A model generated the notes under the pieces. It saw only the letters and a list, made by a program, of their open reading frames with translations, ran no database searches and had not been told where the DNA came from. DNA of 64,000 bases from Amoebophrya sp. A120 (Eukaryota; Protista; Dinoflagellata). Shown here in pieces: positions 47,874 to 58,800 of the stretch (within the stretch, counting starts at the first letter, position 1; every line of letters starts with the position of its first letter). Both the position numbers and the translations under genes were made by a program. The stretch spans positions 11,971,102 through 12,035,101 of the forward strand of contig CAJINV010000002.1 in the NCBI GenBank assembly GCA_905178155.1, in the 5' to 3' direction.

Positions 47874-48555
47874 TTAGACAAGGAAAATCGCCGCAGTACA
47901 TGAAAAATCGACCACCCCCCTACCGCGGGGTGGCGGAGCAAGAGGCTGGCTTATGTAGACCTCATCGGGGCCGCGGCTTTGTTCGCTGGACTCCGCGCCA
48001 GGACGAGCGCCGCCTACTTTGGCGCCAGTTCTCAGTCACTGCGCCGAGAACTATCGCGATACCATTTCTCGCATGTTGCGGGCAGGTCATTCCGCACCCA
48101 GATAGCGGGGGCCGCCTCTTGGAAAGACGCACCGCAGGGAGCATTCACAGGCCCCCCTTTTGCCGAAAAAAAAGCACCCCCAAGAAGCACCCCCCTTGGA
48201 TTCCCTTTCCCCGACCTAAAATGGCTGATTTCCGGAGCCAAAAAAGGACCCCCCTTAAGCACCCCCCTGGAGGGGGCCCCCTGTACGCCGCCTGGGGCCC
48301 CGGTCGTTGTTTGGTCGGCCTAGTTTGGGAACGGGCTCCCGACTTCGCTGCGGCCGAGGCGAAGCAATTCCGCGGCAGGTACGCGCGCGGCCTTTCCACT
48401 CGGGAACACGTCGCGCCTGCGCCACGCACCTAGGTCTGCAAGAATTGGGCGAGCTGCTACGAGCTGAAACCCAGACAAATGATCTCGTCGCCCCACCACG
48501 CCGGCGAATGGGGGTGGTCGATTTTTCATGTACTGCGGCGATTTTCCTTGTCTAA
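47874..48555. mobile_element. MITE-like element (682 bp)
   Basis: ~46-bp TIR TTAGACAAGGAAAATCGCCGCAGTACATGAAAAATCGACCACCCCC; 5-bp direct repeat TCATC/TCATC; GC-rich interior with no recognisable ORF. Confidence 0.9.
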
Positions 48556-48655
48556 TCATCTCCATCATCATGATATGCATTGATATTGAAGGTACGACGC
48601 GACGGGGTGGGTTGGTTTTTGATGAAGATACGGCGACGGCGATAACGCGATCTGC

Positions 48656-48781
48656 AAACTTGATTCCACAAACTTGATTTCAAATCTAAACGTGATTCGA
48701 CAAACGTGATCCGAAGATAAACGTGATTCCATTAACTTGATTCCAAGCGCAAACTTGATTTCAGATTTCGACTAACTTGAT
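48656..48781. repeat. Degenerate minisatellite (AAAC(T/G)TGATT core, about 8 copies)
   Basis: Repeated AAACTTGATT/AAACGTGATT at 13-20 nt spacing. Confidence 0.8.
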
Positions 48782-49603
48782 ACGGGTGCTTTCCTTAAAG
48801 ATTGTCGGTTACGTGTTTTGTAGATGATGATGATGATGATGAAGACGATCGTGAGTCACGATTGTGATACCGGAAAAGTCGGTTCGTGCACCACCCATCG
48901 CTTACGACTCGGTCGGCTGAAGTAAAGCACAGACACATTGTTCGGTTTCTGAAGCCATGCGTACAGATTGAATCGGCACGTTCTATGTACTTATCCCGCA
49001 GGTCGTTTCGTCCAACTTTTTCGTCCGAGCACACAGTATTGATGCTTGATCTTCGTTATGAAGCACACCCTTTTTTTTTATTGATCTCCAACAACCCAAA
49101 CACAGCCGCCCGGCCCATTGATTTCTTGCGACCTGTTAATTTTGGTGCAGCGCAAGTGTACTTCACGGAGGAAGTGCCGCGGCTTTGCTATGATTCTTCT
49201 TCATACCGTTTCGCGCTAGAGCTTTTTGTTTTCTATTTTCTATTACCAACTTCTAGTGCGTTTTCGGTAGTGTAGTGTAGTTATTTTGTCATCGAGCCCT
49301 AAAATCAAGTTCAAGAAAAGAAAAATCTCACGATTGTTGGGATTTCTGAATTAGAGACCTCTTTTTGGTTTATTTAGTCTTATCACAATTAAGGATTTTA
49401 CATCCTCTAAAGTTGACAATTTTACCACATATCGGGAAATTCGTCTTGTTTTTTCTGCAGATACTTTGTCTTGCAGGGCAAGCCGAATGCATTAGCAATA
49501 CTTCACGATTGAGTCTTTGAGAAGCTTTCGAGTTTAAGGATACAAGCGCATGATTGAAAAATTGCACTGCTTTCGTTTGGCCTCGTCTTATCATGCGTGA
49601 AAG

Positions 49604-50599
49604 ATGAAACCATCCAAGGACAAAGCGGCAGGTAGGATATTAGGAGCGAGAGGGACCTCGGCCTTCCGACAGTTTCTGTTGGTTTTCACCCTGGCTTTTT
49701 ACTTCAACGTATCCACCACCACCTACTCATGCTCGTGCCAAGTGCACGTGACCGGTGGCCCGTCTACGTGTGCTGCGAGCTGCATGGAAACAGGTCAAGA
49801 CCAACCGAGTACCCGGCCGAAGCAGTGTACAACGGTGGAGACAACAAGAAGGACAGCGGAGAGTAGAAACAAGCCGGAGTTGCTCCGGGGTTTCGAGAAG
49901 GATGTCATCGAGATTCCTGGTCGAAAGGACACAATGGTTCACAGTACACAGACAAGGGACCACGATCTTCACAACCGTCGGCCGATGAAAATCCTGCACA
50001 GTGCGATAGACAGCATGGCGAATTCGTTCAGCCAGAACGTGAACAAACTGAAAAATTTGACCCGGAGCGTGGAGGTGAACGCTGTCGCGTCGTTCCTGGA
50101 AGAGGGAAAATCGCCACTGGTTTACAACTACCTACCCGGCGAGTTGCAAGCCTACGGGACGACCGGGGACCACGACGAGTGGTCCTCAAAGCCGCCGCCG
50201 CCGCTGCTGGCAGCAACGGACTGGGACTTCTTCGACTATGACTACGGGAGCGAAAACGGCGAGCGGGTCCCGAACAGACCACTAGCCAATCGACTTCCGC
50301 CCCCGGACTCCCAGGAGTTTCCCTGGATGGTGTCCACGTCGGCGGACAAAGAAAGTTTGAACACGCAGGACTTGCTGCTCCAGGAGGCCAACTGGCGGAA
50401 GTGGCTGATGACTACGCTCACGCACGACCAGCGCGTCGAGTTGATGTTCCGGAAGCTCGGGATTGTCTGTGTCACATGCCTCCTGTGGGCACTGTGCTGC
50501 GTCATGCTGCTCCTCCTGGCCATAATCGTCGTTCCCGACTTCGTCTCGCGCCACAAACACCTGCTGTCGACCCAGCACAAGGTCTGGTGTCTCGCGTAG
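49604..50599 (+). CDS. Hypothetical type-I-like membrane protein
   Basis: 331-aa ORF with an N-terminal hydrophobic segment, an SFLE motif and a C-terminal Cys-rich TM segment (LGIVCVTCLLWALCCVMLLLLAIIVV). Confidence 0.7.
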   Translation: MKPSKDKAAGRILGARGTSAFRQFLLVFTLAFYFNVSTTTYSCSCQVHVTGGPSTCAASCMETGQDQPSTRPKQCTTVETTRRTAESRNKPELLRGFEKDVIEIPGRKDTMVHSTQTRDHDLHNRRPMKILHSAIDSMANSFSQNVNKLKNLTRSVEVNAVASFLEEGKSPLVYNYLPGELQAYGTTGDHDEWSSKPPPPLLAATDWDFFDYDYGSENGERVPNRPLANRLPPPDSQEFPWMVSTSADKESLNTQDLLLQEANWRKWLMTTLTHDQRVELMFRKLGIVCVTCLLWALCCVMLLLLAIIVVPDFVSRHKHLLSTQHKVWCLA

Positions 50600-51745
50600 G
50601 TAGAAGGAGGGTCGGAGTTGATGGGAGCCCACGCAGTATCTTGGTGTGTTTGCGACGTAGCTCATCAGTTCGCAAATCGCAGCTCGGAGGATATTCTTGT
50701 GCTACTAGAGCATATAGTAATCTCCGAAAGTAGTTGCATAAAGTTGTTTGTTTTCTATTTCTTGATCATGCGCCGGCCTGTATACACAAAAAAATTGTTA
50801 TTGTTTTTGTTTGTATACGATGGCCACCACCCATCCGTCTTGTACGATGAGGATGGACAAAAGTTAACCTTTTACCTAGGCTCTTCATTGGTTCAGTCGT
50901 GGATTATTTGCTTTTTCCTCTGTATTGTTATCGATCGCAATGAATCGACAACTCATATTGCCATGCTGCACTTTTGGACAGCTGTGAAGAAGCAACCTGA
51001 ATAAACCACAACGGATTTTCGCTTACTTGTTTCTCGCATTTGTTTTCATATACGCTTTTTTGACGGTCGACTCTGTTCGCGCTAGGATGTTCCCGCCTGC
51101 TGTCTGTGGGTAAGTATGTGGTGTTTGTTCCCAGCTCAGGAGTAGAGATTAGCTTGCGCATTTGAAAGAAAGTACAACAAGGCAGAGCGAAGATCCAACT
51201 GCATTGAAGAGTAGATCGATCTGGTTGTCGCTTTTGATATGTTGACTCAGCCAGATGTAGCATTGATCTTGATCCTAAGCCTGATCCGCAAACGAAATCG
51301 AACGTCGTGAAAAATAAAACCGTGCCTTTGATCGAAGAAAAGGAAACAGATCTTCTGCTTGATCGAAGTCTGTCCATGCTCCAAGTCGATTGGGATCCGT
51401 ATCCACCGGTGTCCGATGAAAGGTGAGGATCCAAAACAATTCATGGCCGCGCGAAGGAGCCGTAAATAGAGGCGTCAATGCAACTGATCAACAAAACGTA
51501 ATTTCGCACTAGAACTAGGAAGCTACCTTGTGCATACATTCCATATGCTGTGGATTTCCGTCCAAAAGCCTAGCAGGAGACTTCGGCAAGGTGTCAGATA
51601 TTGGCTCACGTTAATTTTCGCAACTAAGTACAAGCAAGTTGTGTATCTCAACCTCAGAACAAAGAACTTGTCTTGATTTCGCAACAATTTTTTCATTTTC
51701 TTCACTACACAGAACGAACCAGAACGAAAACCGCATTCGAAAAAA

Positions 51746-53805
51746 ATGGCGGGTGGCAAGAAAGCGATGAAGAAAGTCATGAAGAAGATCATGAAAAAAG
51801 CAGCACCTTCTACGAACTCTGCCTCGACTGAGACCACATCAAAGGCCGAGCAATCCAAACCGGCTGCGGAGAACAAAATGGATGTGGTGGAGGACAGCGA
51901 CAACGAAGAATCTTCCTCCTCGGCCGTGGCACCCGAGGAGCTTGCGGAACGCGCAGCGGAAGAGCTCGCGAAGAAAACAACAGGACCAAGTGCACCAAGC
52001 TCTAGCACAACTCCGGCGGCAAAAGAAAAGAAAATCGTCAAAGCATCTGACGACGAGAACGAGGGCAGCGCTGAAGAAACCGGGGACATCGAGATGCTGG
52101 AGGAAGAGGATCTGAGCGAGGATGAGGCAGACGCAGATGTAGCCGGCGCTAGTACGACCGCAAATGCAAAAAACACAGCGCAAGAAGGAGAACAAGATGA
52201 CGACGAGAACGTTGCTCCCGATGAGGAAAAGGTCGTGGTGGAGGAATTTGCAAAAGACCCCTACCTGCTGAAAGACGCGGAGTACATCAAAACGGACCCA
52301 AACTGGAAGAACAAGCAACGCACACTCTTGTTCAGCACGCGGGGCATCTCCGGCCAGCACCGACACCTGATTGACGATTTGAAGAAGCTGTTGCCGCACC
52401 ACAAGGTGGAATCGAAAGTCGAAAAGTCGCAGGATTTCACCGTAGTTAACGAAATCGCCGAGCTGAAATCGTGTAACAACGTGTGTTTTTTCGAAGCGAG
52501 GAAACACCAGGACTTGTACCTGCACGTCGCAAGGGTCCCGTGCGGCCCCACGGTGAAGTTTCAGGTGCTGAACATCCACACCTCCGGCGAGGTGCGACTG
52601 AGCGGAAACTGTCTCCAGTACAGCAGACCACTGCTCACCTTCGACGCACCGTTTGACGCCGTGCCGCACTTGAAGCTTATCAAAGAACTGTTTGTCCAGG
52701 TATTGTGACAAGGCTGCTGTCAAAATGTTTTTATTGCGGTTGATTATTTGGATGTGCTTGCGCAAGGTTTCGCGCTTTTTTTGTACTCATACATTGGATT
52801 TTTCTTTTTTGATTTTGAAAAAACTAAAAAAAAAATTCTTGACGTAAACATAAACAATACACAGACATTCGGAACGCCGCGGAACCACCCAAAGAGCAAG
52901 CCGTTCCACGATCAAGTGCTATCATTCTACTATGCGGACGAGAAGATCTGGGCCCGGCACTATCAGATTTCGCCTCTGACAGACGCCGACGCGAATGATC
53001 CCGAGAAGCAGACGCTAACGGTATCAAAATGAAAAATCCCCCCACCCCATATCAAAACGAAGTTTGTGATGCTGGATTTGCGTACACAAATCAGATTGGT
53101 CTTGCTGGAGAGGACTGCAGGCCCATACTAAGCCTGAGCGGAGAGGTTTCGGGCTAGGCTCTTAGCATGAGAAACGTCTGCGCTGTAGGCCCAACAGCAT
53201 CACAAACCGCCTGCATAAAGCGGCGGCTGTCTGTGGAGTTGCCTTCTTGCAAGACAGAGATGATTTGTGGTCGCAAATCAGCATTGCAAATTTTCTGCTA
53301 CGTACCTTTTCGATATGGGGAGGGGGGATTTTTCCTCACAATAAACGGAGATTGGGCCGCGTTTCGTATTGGATCCGATTTGGATCCTGCAGGGGAGCTT
53401 CTCAGGCCAGAAAATTTACCACAACAACAATTTCAGCACCCCCACCGCGGTGCGCAGGGAAAACAAGCAAAAGCTCGGAGTGCGGGCAAAGGTACGTGAT
53501 TTGCTTTTAGAAAGATATTTGATATGGACGTTAACGTATGTTTCTTTGCGTGATAGTAGATGATGATGATGATGATGCGTGTAGTAGTGCTTTTCTTGCG
53601 ATGTCAGCGGCGACAGCCGGCTTGGTGCTACTCATATGGCATGGTGATGCTCATGGTCGACTGCATCGATATGCCTGTTTATCAACTTTTTCTCAAAAAC
53701 CAAACGCAGGTGCGTGCAGAGCAAGACGAACAGACCCGACTCACGAACAAGAAGCTAGAAAGAGCCGCGGATCCGACTGAAGCAATCTTCGAGGAGTATT
53801 CATAA
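51746..53805 (+). CDS. BRX1: Ribosome biogenesis protein BRX1 (exons 51746-52699, 52865-53021, 53349-53491, 53710-53805; 449 aa)
   Basis: WKNKQRTLLFSTRGI, FFEARKHQDLY, GNCLQYSRPLLTFD and FGTPRNHPKSKPFHD. The Brix signature LTEIGPRFVL appears only after the introner is removed. Confidence 0.93.
53022..53343. mobile_element. Introner family C (322 bp) in BRX1
   Basis: TATCAAAATGAAAAATCCCCCCACCCCATATC...GATATGGGGAGGGGGGATTTTTCCTCACAATA; direct repeat AACGG/AACGG. Confidence 0.93.
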
Positions 53806-54386
53806 GTCTGTATGGAATATTATGAATTTTTCCGAGCACAGTGAGGGAGCTGGACTTAGTATCGCTGAGGTTCTTTATTTCTGACGCCAGAAAAGAAGCA
53901 TCCGAAAGGATTGGGGACACTGCGGATTGTTTTAAGTGCGCATGCATGATCATCTCGATTATTACGCTCGATGTCTTATCGCCATCGATCGGATTCGGAC
54001 GGCCGACGGACGTCGTCGCACCCTTCTAAAAAAACTGCTCCTACAAATCGTGTTCGACTAAATTGAGTTTCACTTGCAAGTATTTGATAGTCATGTACTC
54101 AAGTACACGCAGCTTCCTCGTCGGATCGTAAAACAGCAACAGTGCCGTTGTATCTGATGGATCACGACGAAAGCTCCATGCAGTCACAGTAAGTCGTGTC
54201 GCGGGTCTCAATGGTCGTCTTACTTTGTCGTATCATACCCTTTGATCACGATCAAGATCTTCATCCTATGCCGCCATATCAGAGAAAGTTTTCTGCTAGT
54301 GAGGGCACCAAGCGCAAGCCAGTAGGTGCCGTGAGTAAAAATCCGAAGTAAGCCTTTCAAGCATCGACCTTCCGACATTAACCAAG

Positions 54387-55427
54387 ATGCCGACCCCAGA
54401 TTTTCTCGCCGACATAGAGCCTCTGCGACACATGATGTTGGGGTTGGCCCACACACCACCACCGCATTCGATGAACCATGACTTCGGGCATGTGCAAGAC
54501 CCTCTGCTGTGCGCGCACGATCTCGGGCAGTCTTGCTCCTCTACCGCGTTCGCTGCAATAGGAGCAAGAGAACAATCCGAACTACCAGGAGGGTCAACAC
54601 AGCTTGCAGCGCCGACAGTTCTATCTGCATCTTCACCTGTTTCTTTATCAGGGATTCATAAAGCGGGCGACTTTAATATTATCAGTGGCATGACGGAGAA
54701 CCACACCACTCGCACTCAAGTTCCGTCTTCGTTTCTCGAGGTCCCAGAGCCGGACGGGACACTTCTACCGGCGTGGAAAATGTTTCCGGCAAAAACCGCC
54801 GCGGCCGTCGGACCTTTCGTCCCCGCAGCGACGACGGTGACGGCGGCGGAAAAAACGGCGATCCCGCTTTTGCTCGCGTCCTCATTTCTGGTCTCCGCCG
54901 GGTCGTCGTGCATCTCGTCTTCCTCCGGGAGAACCGGTGCTCGTCTTCTGGCACCAGAAAACTACTACGCAGCGTCTGTGTCATCTGGGAGTGCGTCGGA
55001 ACAAGAGGATCTTGTTCACGAAGTGTTTCGTGATCAAAACGGTTGTAGTAAAAATGCCTGTTCTGTACAGAGTCCATGTCGTGGACAAGGAAAGACAACA
55101 CCCACGACCAGGTGGACCTCTTTTGCCACCTCCAGTCCGCACGACGCGCCCGGCGCCGTTCCCAACGAGCTTTCCACTCCCGGGACAACCCAAGTGCCAG
55201 GCGTCCCTTCTGCAGCAGATACCCACCAGAGTGAACGATGCTGTGTGGGGAGCACGCGGAACCACTACAAGCCCTGTCCACGGGGGTTCGAGGAGGCGGG
55301 CGAGGCGAGGTGCCGGCCGCAAGTAGGCGTGTACGAAGGCCCGTGCCAGGAAGTGCAGGACTTTCACGGATTTAACTCGGCCATGTATCGGGCCTGGGAA
55401 GAAAGGTGCGAAGCACGCTTCTTGTGA
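54387..55427 (+). CDS. Protein with a C-terminal CPW-WPC-like domain
   Basis: CPRGF..C.P..VYEGPC..DF...WEERCEARF follows the CPxGW..C..YxGPC..F..W...C..WPC pattern but lacks the final WPC. An SFLE motif lies upstream. Start uncertain. Confidence 0.65.
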   Translation: MPTPDFLADIEPLRHMMLGLAHTPPPHSMNHDFGHVQDPLLCAHDLGQSCSSTAFAAIGAREQSELPGGSTQLAAPTVLSASSPVSLSGIHKAGDFNIISGMTENHTTRTQVPSSFLEVPEPDGTLLPAWKMFPAKTAAAVGPFVPAATTVTAAEKTAIPLLLASSFLVSAGSSCISSSSGRTGARLLAPENYYAASVSSGSASEQEDLVHEVFRDQNGCSKNACSVQSPCRGQGKTTPTTRWTSFATSSPHDAPGAVPNELSTPGTTQVPGVPSAADTHQSERCCVGSTRNHYKPCPRGFEEAGEARCRPQVGVYEGPCQEVQDFHGFNSAMYRAWEERCEARFL

Positions 55428-55828
55428 AAATGGTGCACCATATTGATGGCCTCTAATTCTTAGAATGCTGTGAACAACAAAAGCCACAAAGTGGGTTGAA
55501 TTACGGTCAAACGAAATCGTCGGACGCACTCTGTTGAAATCGCGAAGGTGTAGACAGGAGAGCACCACAGAGTCACACACATGCTTCACATTTCAAGCAG
55601 CTTCGAAACCTGCACTGCTTTCGCGACACTGTTCGCCTTCTTATCAGACAATGATGGTTCGTGCTTCTCTTTCTTCTCATGATTCCGATTCGTCCTGTTG
55701 GTCAAAAGTTTTCCTACTTAATTCATCGTGTCATCGGGTTTGAGGTTGTGCATCGGATCGTTTCATCGTCTTCATCATACACATAGTCTGAACCTTCAAT
55801 TCTCTTGCACCTGCAGCTGCATCCTTAG

Positions 55829-58800
55829 TATGCAAGAACGTCCGTAGTTTTGTTACCTATTTTATTAGGATGAAAAGTCATCACTTTCAGGATATTTTTG
55901 AGGGCGGCATCATTCTCGGCCGAAAAATTTTAATGGTTTTGCCGAAAAAAAGCGACGCAGGCGCCGGCCATTTTGATTGGGGGCGCAAGGGCGTCGCTGT
56001 TGTTTGGGCAAAAACCGACGGCGCACCAGGCCCCTCGAGGCGCGCCCAGCCCGCTTTTATTTTGATGCCGGGCGATGTTTTTCGGTGCAGGTTCATCGGG
56101 GTTTCTGGTGCGCCAACCCAAGTGTGGCGTGGTCCCGACGCTGCGGTGCAGCGAGTGGGCCCACCGCCAAGGGACGGCGCGCGCCGGCTTCAGCCCGTGT
56201 TCTCAGCATCCGCAGGCGCGGCCTACTTCGGTTGAATCCCATAAAAAGACAGGGGCGACGCGACGAGGCCCCGGAAACCTCCTCCGGACGCGCCACCCAC
56301 CGGCAAAAGCCCGCGGCCTTTCTCCTGGCCCCGCCCGTTTAATTTGGGCCCCCCCGGCATGCCCATGCAATCAAATGCCCCCCCGGCCTAATCGCACTCC
56401 TTCCGAGCCACCCAAGCGGCCCGGGCCCGGCTTGGTTGCCTGCCTTTGCTGCACCTCGCGCCCGGCCCCGGGATGTGTCTGTTCGGCATTCGCGGAGGGC
56501 CTTCTTCCGGCCCTGCATTCACCTGCGGGGGCCCGGCCGGAGCGCTAGCCTGCGCTCGATGGCTAGGTAGCGCCCCAAGCAAGCGGCCGTTGGCCCGCCT
56601 TCCTTTGGGGGGGCCTGCGCGAACGATATGCGCCGGCGCGCCGCCGCCGCCCCCGCTTCCTTGTCGAGCCGGCCCTAGGTCTGGGAAAGCTATCGCGCAG
56701 GCCCTGCGCGCTTCCAAGGAAAACCGCGGGCGCCACACTCGCGACGGGCCCGAACGGCGTTGCAGCTGCAATGCGCGCACGCCCGCCGGTGTTGTCTGCA
56801 CTCGCATAACAAGCGGCAGACAGCTACACCTGGCGGCCCGCCCGGTTTGCCGGGCCCCCCCTTCTACAGTATGTCGAACACCTGCAAGGCGGGCCCCCGC
56901 CCGTCAAGCGGGCCGGCTCGGTGCGCGGGGCGGAAGCAAAAATCAGGGCTATTGATGCTTCGGCGCAGGGGGCCAGCCTTGGTGGGGTCGACCGTCCCGG
57001 GAAGCGGCCCAGTGCTTGGTGGGGCGCGCCGCAATGTTTTCGCCGGCCCGTCGAAAAAAAGAAATCTGCCAAGGCGCGCCGAAACGAGCCCCCGACGGAT
57101 GGAACGCGGGGCGCAGGGCGAAGGGCTAGCTTTTGGCGCCCGCCTTGTTTTGCCGGTATGGATCTGGGCCAGGTTGCGGGCCCTTTGGGCCCGTGTTCTT
57201 CGGGTCCGCCCTCCACATTGGCCGGGACGCCCGCTGGGGCTTGGGGCACGCACGCACGTAGCGGGGCCCCCCCGGCGGAATCGCTCGCCCGGGCCGGAGG
57301 AAGAGAGAGATGGGCTGCGCGGTGGGAGCGGGAGCCGGTCGCGCAGCTCAAAGGCGCGTGAGCCCGTTGTGGGGCGGCCGGGGCGGATAATATTGCAGGC
57401 AACCTGCCCGAGCGGCCCCCGCGCTATTCCCCGCCAAGCCTTTCCTCTCGCAGGTAAAGGCAGCCGAGGCGAGCAGGATTCGGGAACTCGAATTGCCCGA
57501 CGCGTCTTGCGTCGCGTGGTGGGCCCTTTTTTTCGTGCGCGCCCCCTAGCAGCCTTTCCGCCTGCCGCTGGCTTGGCCAGGCAGCGCGGCGGCGCAGGCT
57601 TGGCCCCCGTTCTTGGGCGAGCCGGCTAGAGGGGGGTCGGGATGGGGGCCCCCGGCAAGGGCCCGGCCATTGCCGGGCGGCCCCGTCCGCCAGCTAGCAG
57701 TCCGCACGGCTGCCCGGGCAAGATCCGTCCGGCAGGCGGCCGGGCGGGTGGCGCCCCGGGCCGGGCAGTGCGCCGGCCCCCGGGGCCCATGTGCTGCCTC
57801 TCATTTCCGAAGGCGCGCGGTGGGGCTTCGCACCGGGGGGCTTTGTTACATAGTTTTTGTGTTGCGCCTGGCCGACCCCGACCTCCGACCGAGCCTGCTG
57901 GCTATGCGGGCGCCCGCGAAAAGCCGCCGCAGTTCGCAAGGCTTCCAAAGTCGCACGACTATCGGCCGCGCCGGCCCGGCATGGGCCCGCCCCTTATTTT
58001 TTGCGCACTTTTGCGCGTGACTCCACCGCCGCGCCGGGCTACCAACCTAGGCGGGCCGTGTGTCAGCGCAGCTTTGGAATGTGCCGGGCCGCCCGATTTT
58101 TCCCCCCTTCCTTGTGCAATAGCTATGAGGGGTCGGCAGGCAGCACGGTTTGGCTTCGGCTGCGTAGCAGGCAGTGTGCGACGAAGGTGGGCGCCCCCTT
58201 GTATCTCCGCCGCCCGTCCGGGGTTCCATCCTCCGCAGGAGCCCGGAGTCCGCCGGACGCAGCCGGGCCATGTCATCGAGGCCGGGCGCCCCAAGCCCTC
58301 GCCCGCCCCCCATCCCGGATTGCAGAGCCGAAGCCCTTTCTGTTCGTTCCCGGCAGCTGGCCCGCCGGTGGTGTGCCGCCCCGCCCCATCCTCCTCTGCT
58401 TCCGCGCGCGCTGCCCCCCGCGCCCGAGTTTTTGTTTGTTGGCCGCAGTTTCATCGCTCTTCGCGCGAAGATTTTCGGCGTTTTGCCGGACTCTGGATTT
58501 GCTGTCTTCAGGATAAAATCCTGAAATGCTTGATAAGTGATCAAAAGTTTTTGATCACTTATCAAAAGTTCTTGATAACTGATCAAAAACTTTTGATCAC
58601 TTATCAAGAACTTGTGATAAGTGATCGAAAACTTTTGATCACTTATCAAGCATTTCAGGATTTTATCCTGGGAGCCCGGATTTTCGCCCGACGGCCCAGA
58701 AGGATTTTGTCCTGAAAGGGCGCACGCCCGAACATGCGCCGGCCCTTCCCTAAGGGCTGACGCGCACCGCGCGCGCGCCACCGCAAGCGCCGCGGCGCCC

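Noticed and set aside
16598-53805. Genes with TIR insertions treated as pseudogenes
   Set aside because: The flanking exons have no other stops or frameshifts and keep their catalytic motifs, and BRX1 is normally essential.
58509-58670. CRISPR array
   Set aside because: There are no unique spacers and no cas genes, and the context is eukaryotic. It is a nested palindrome.
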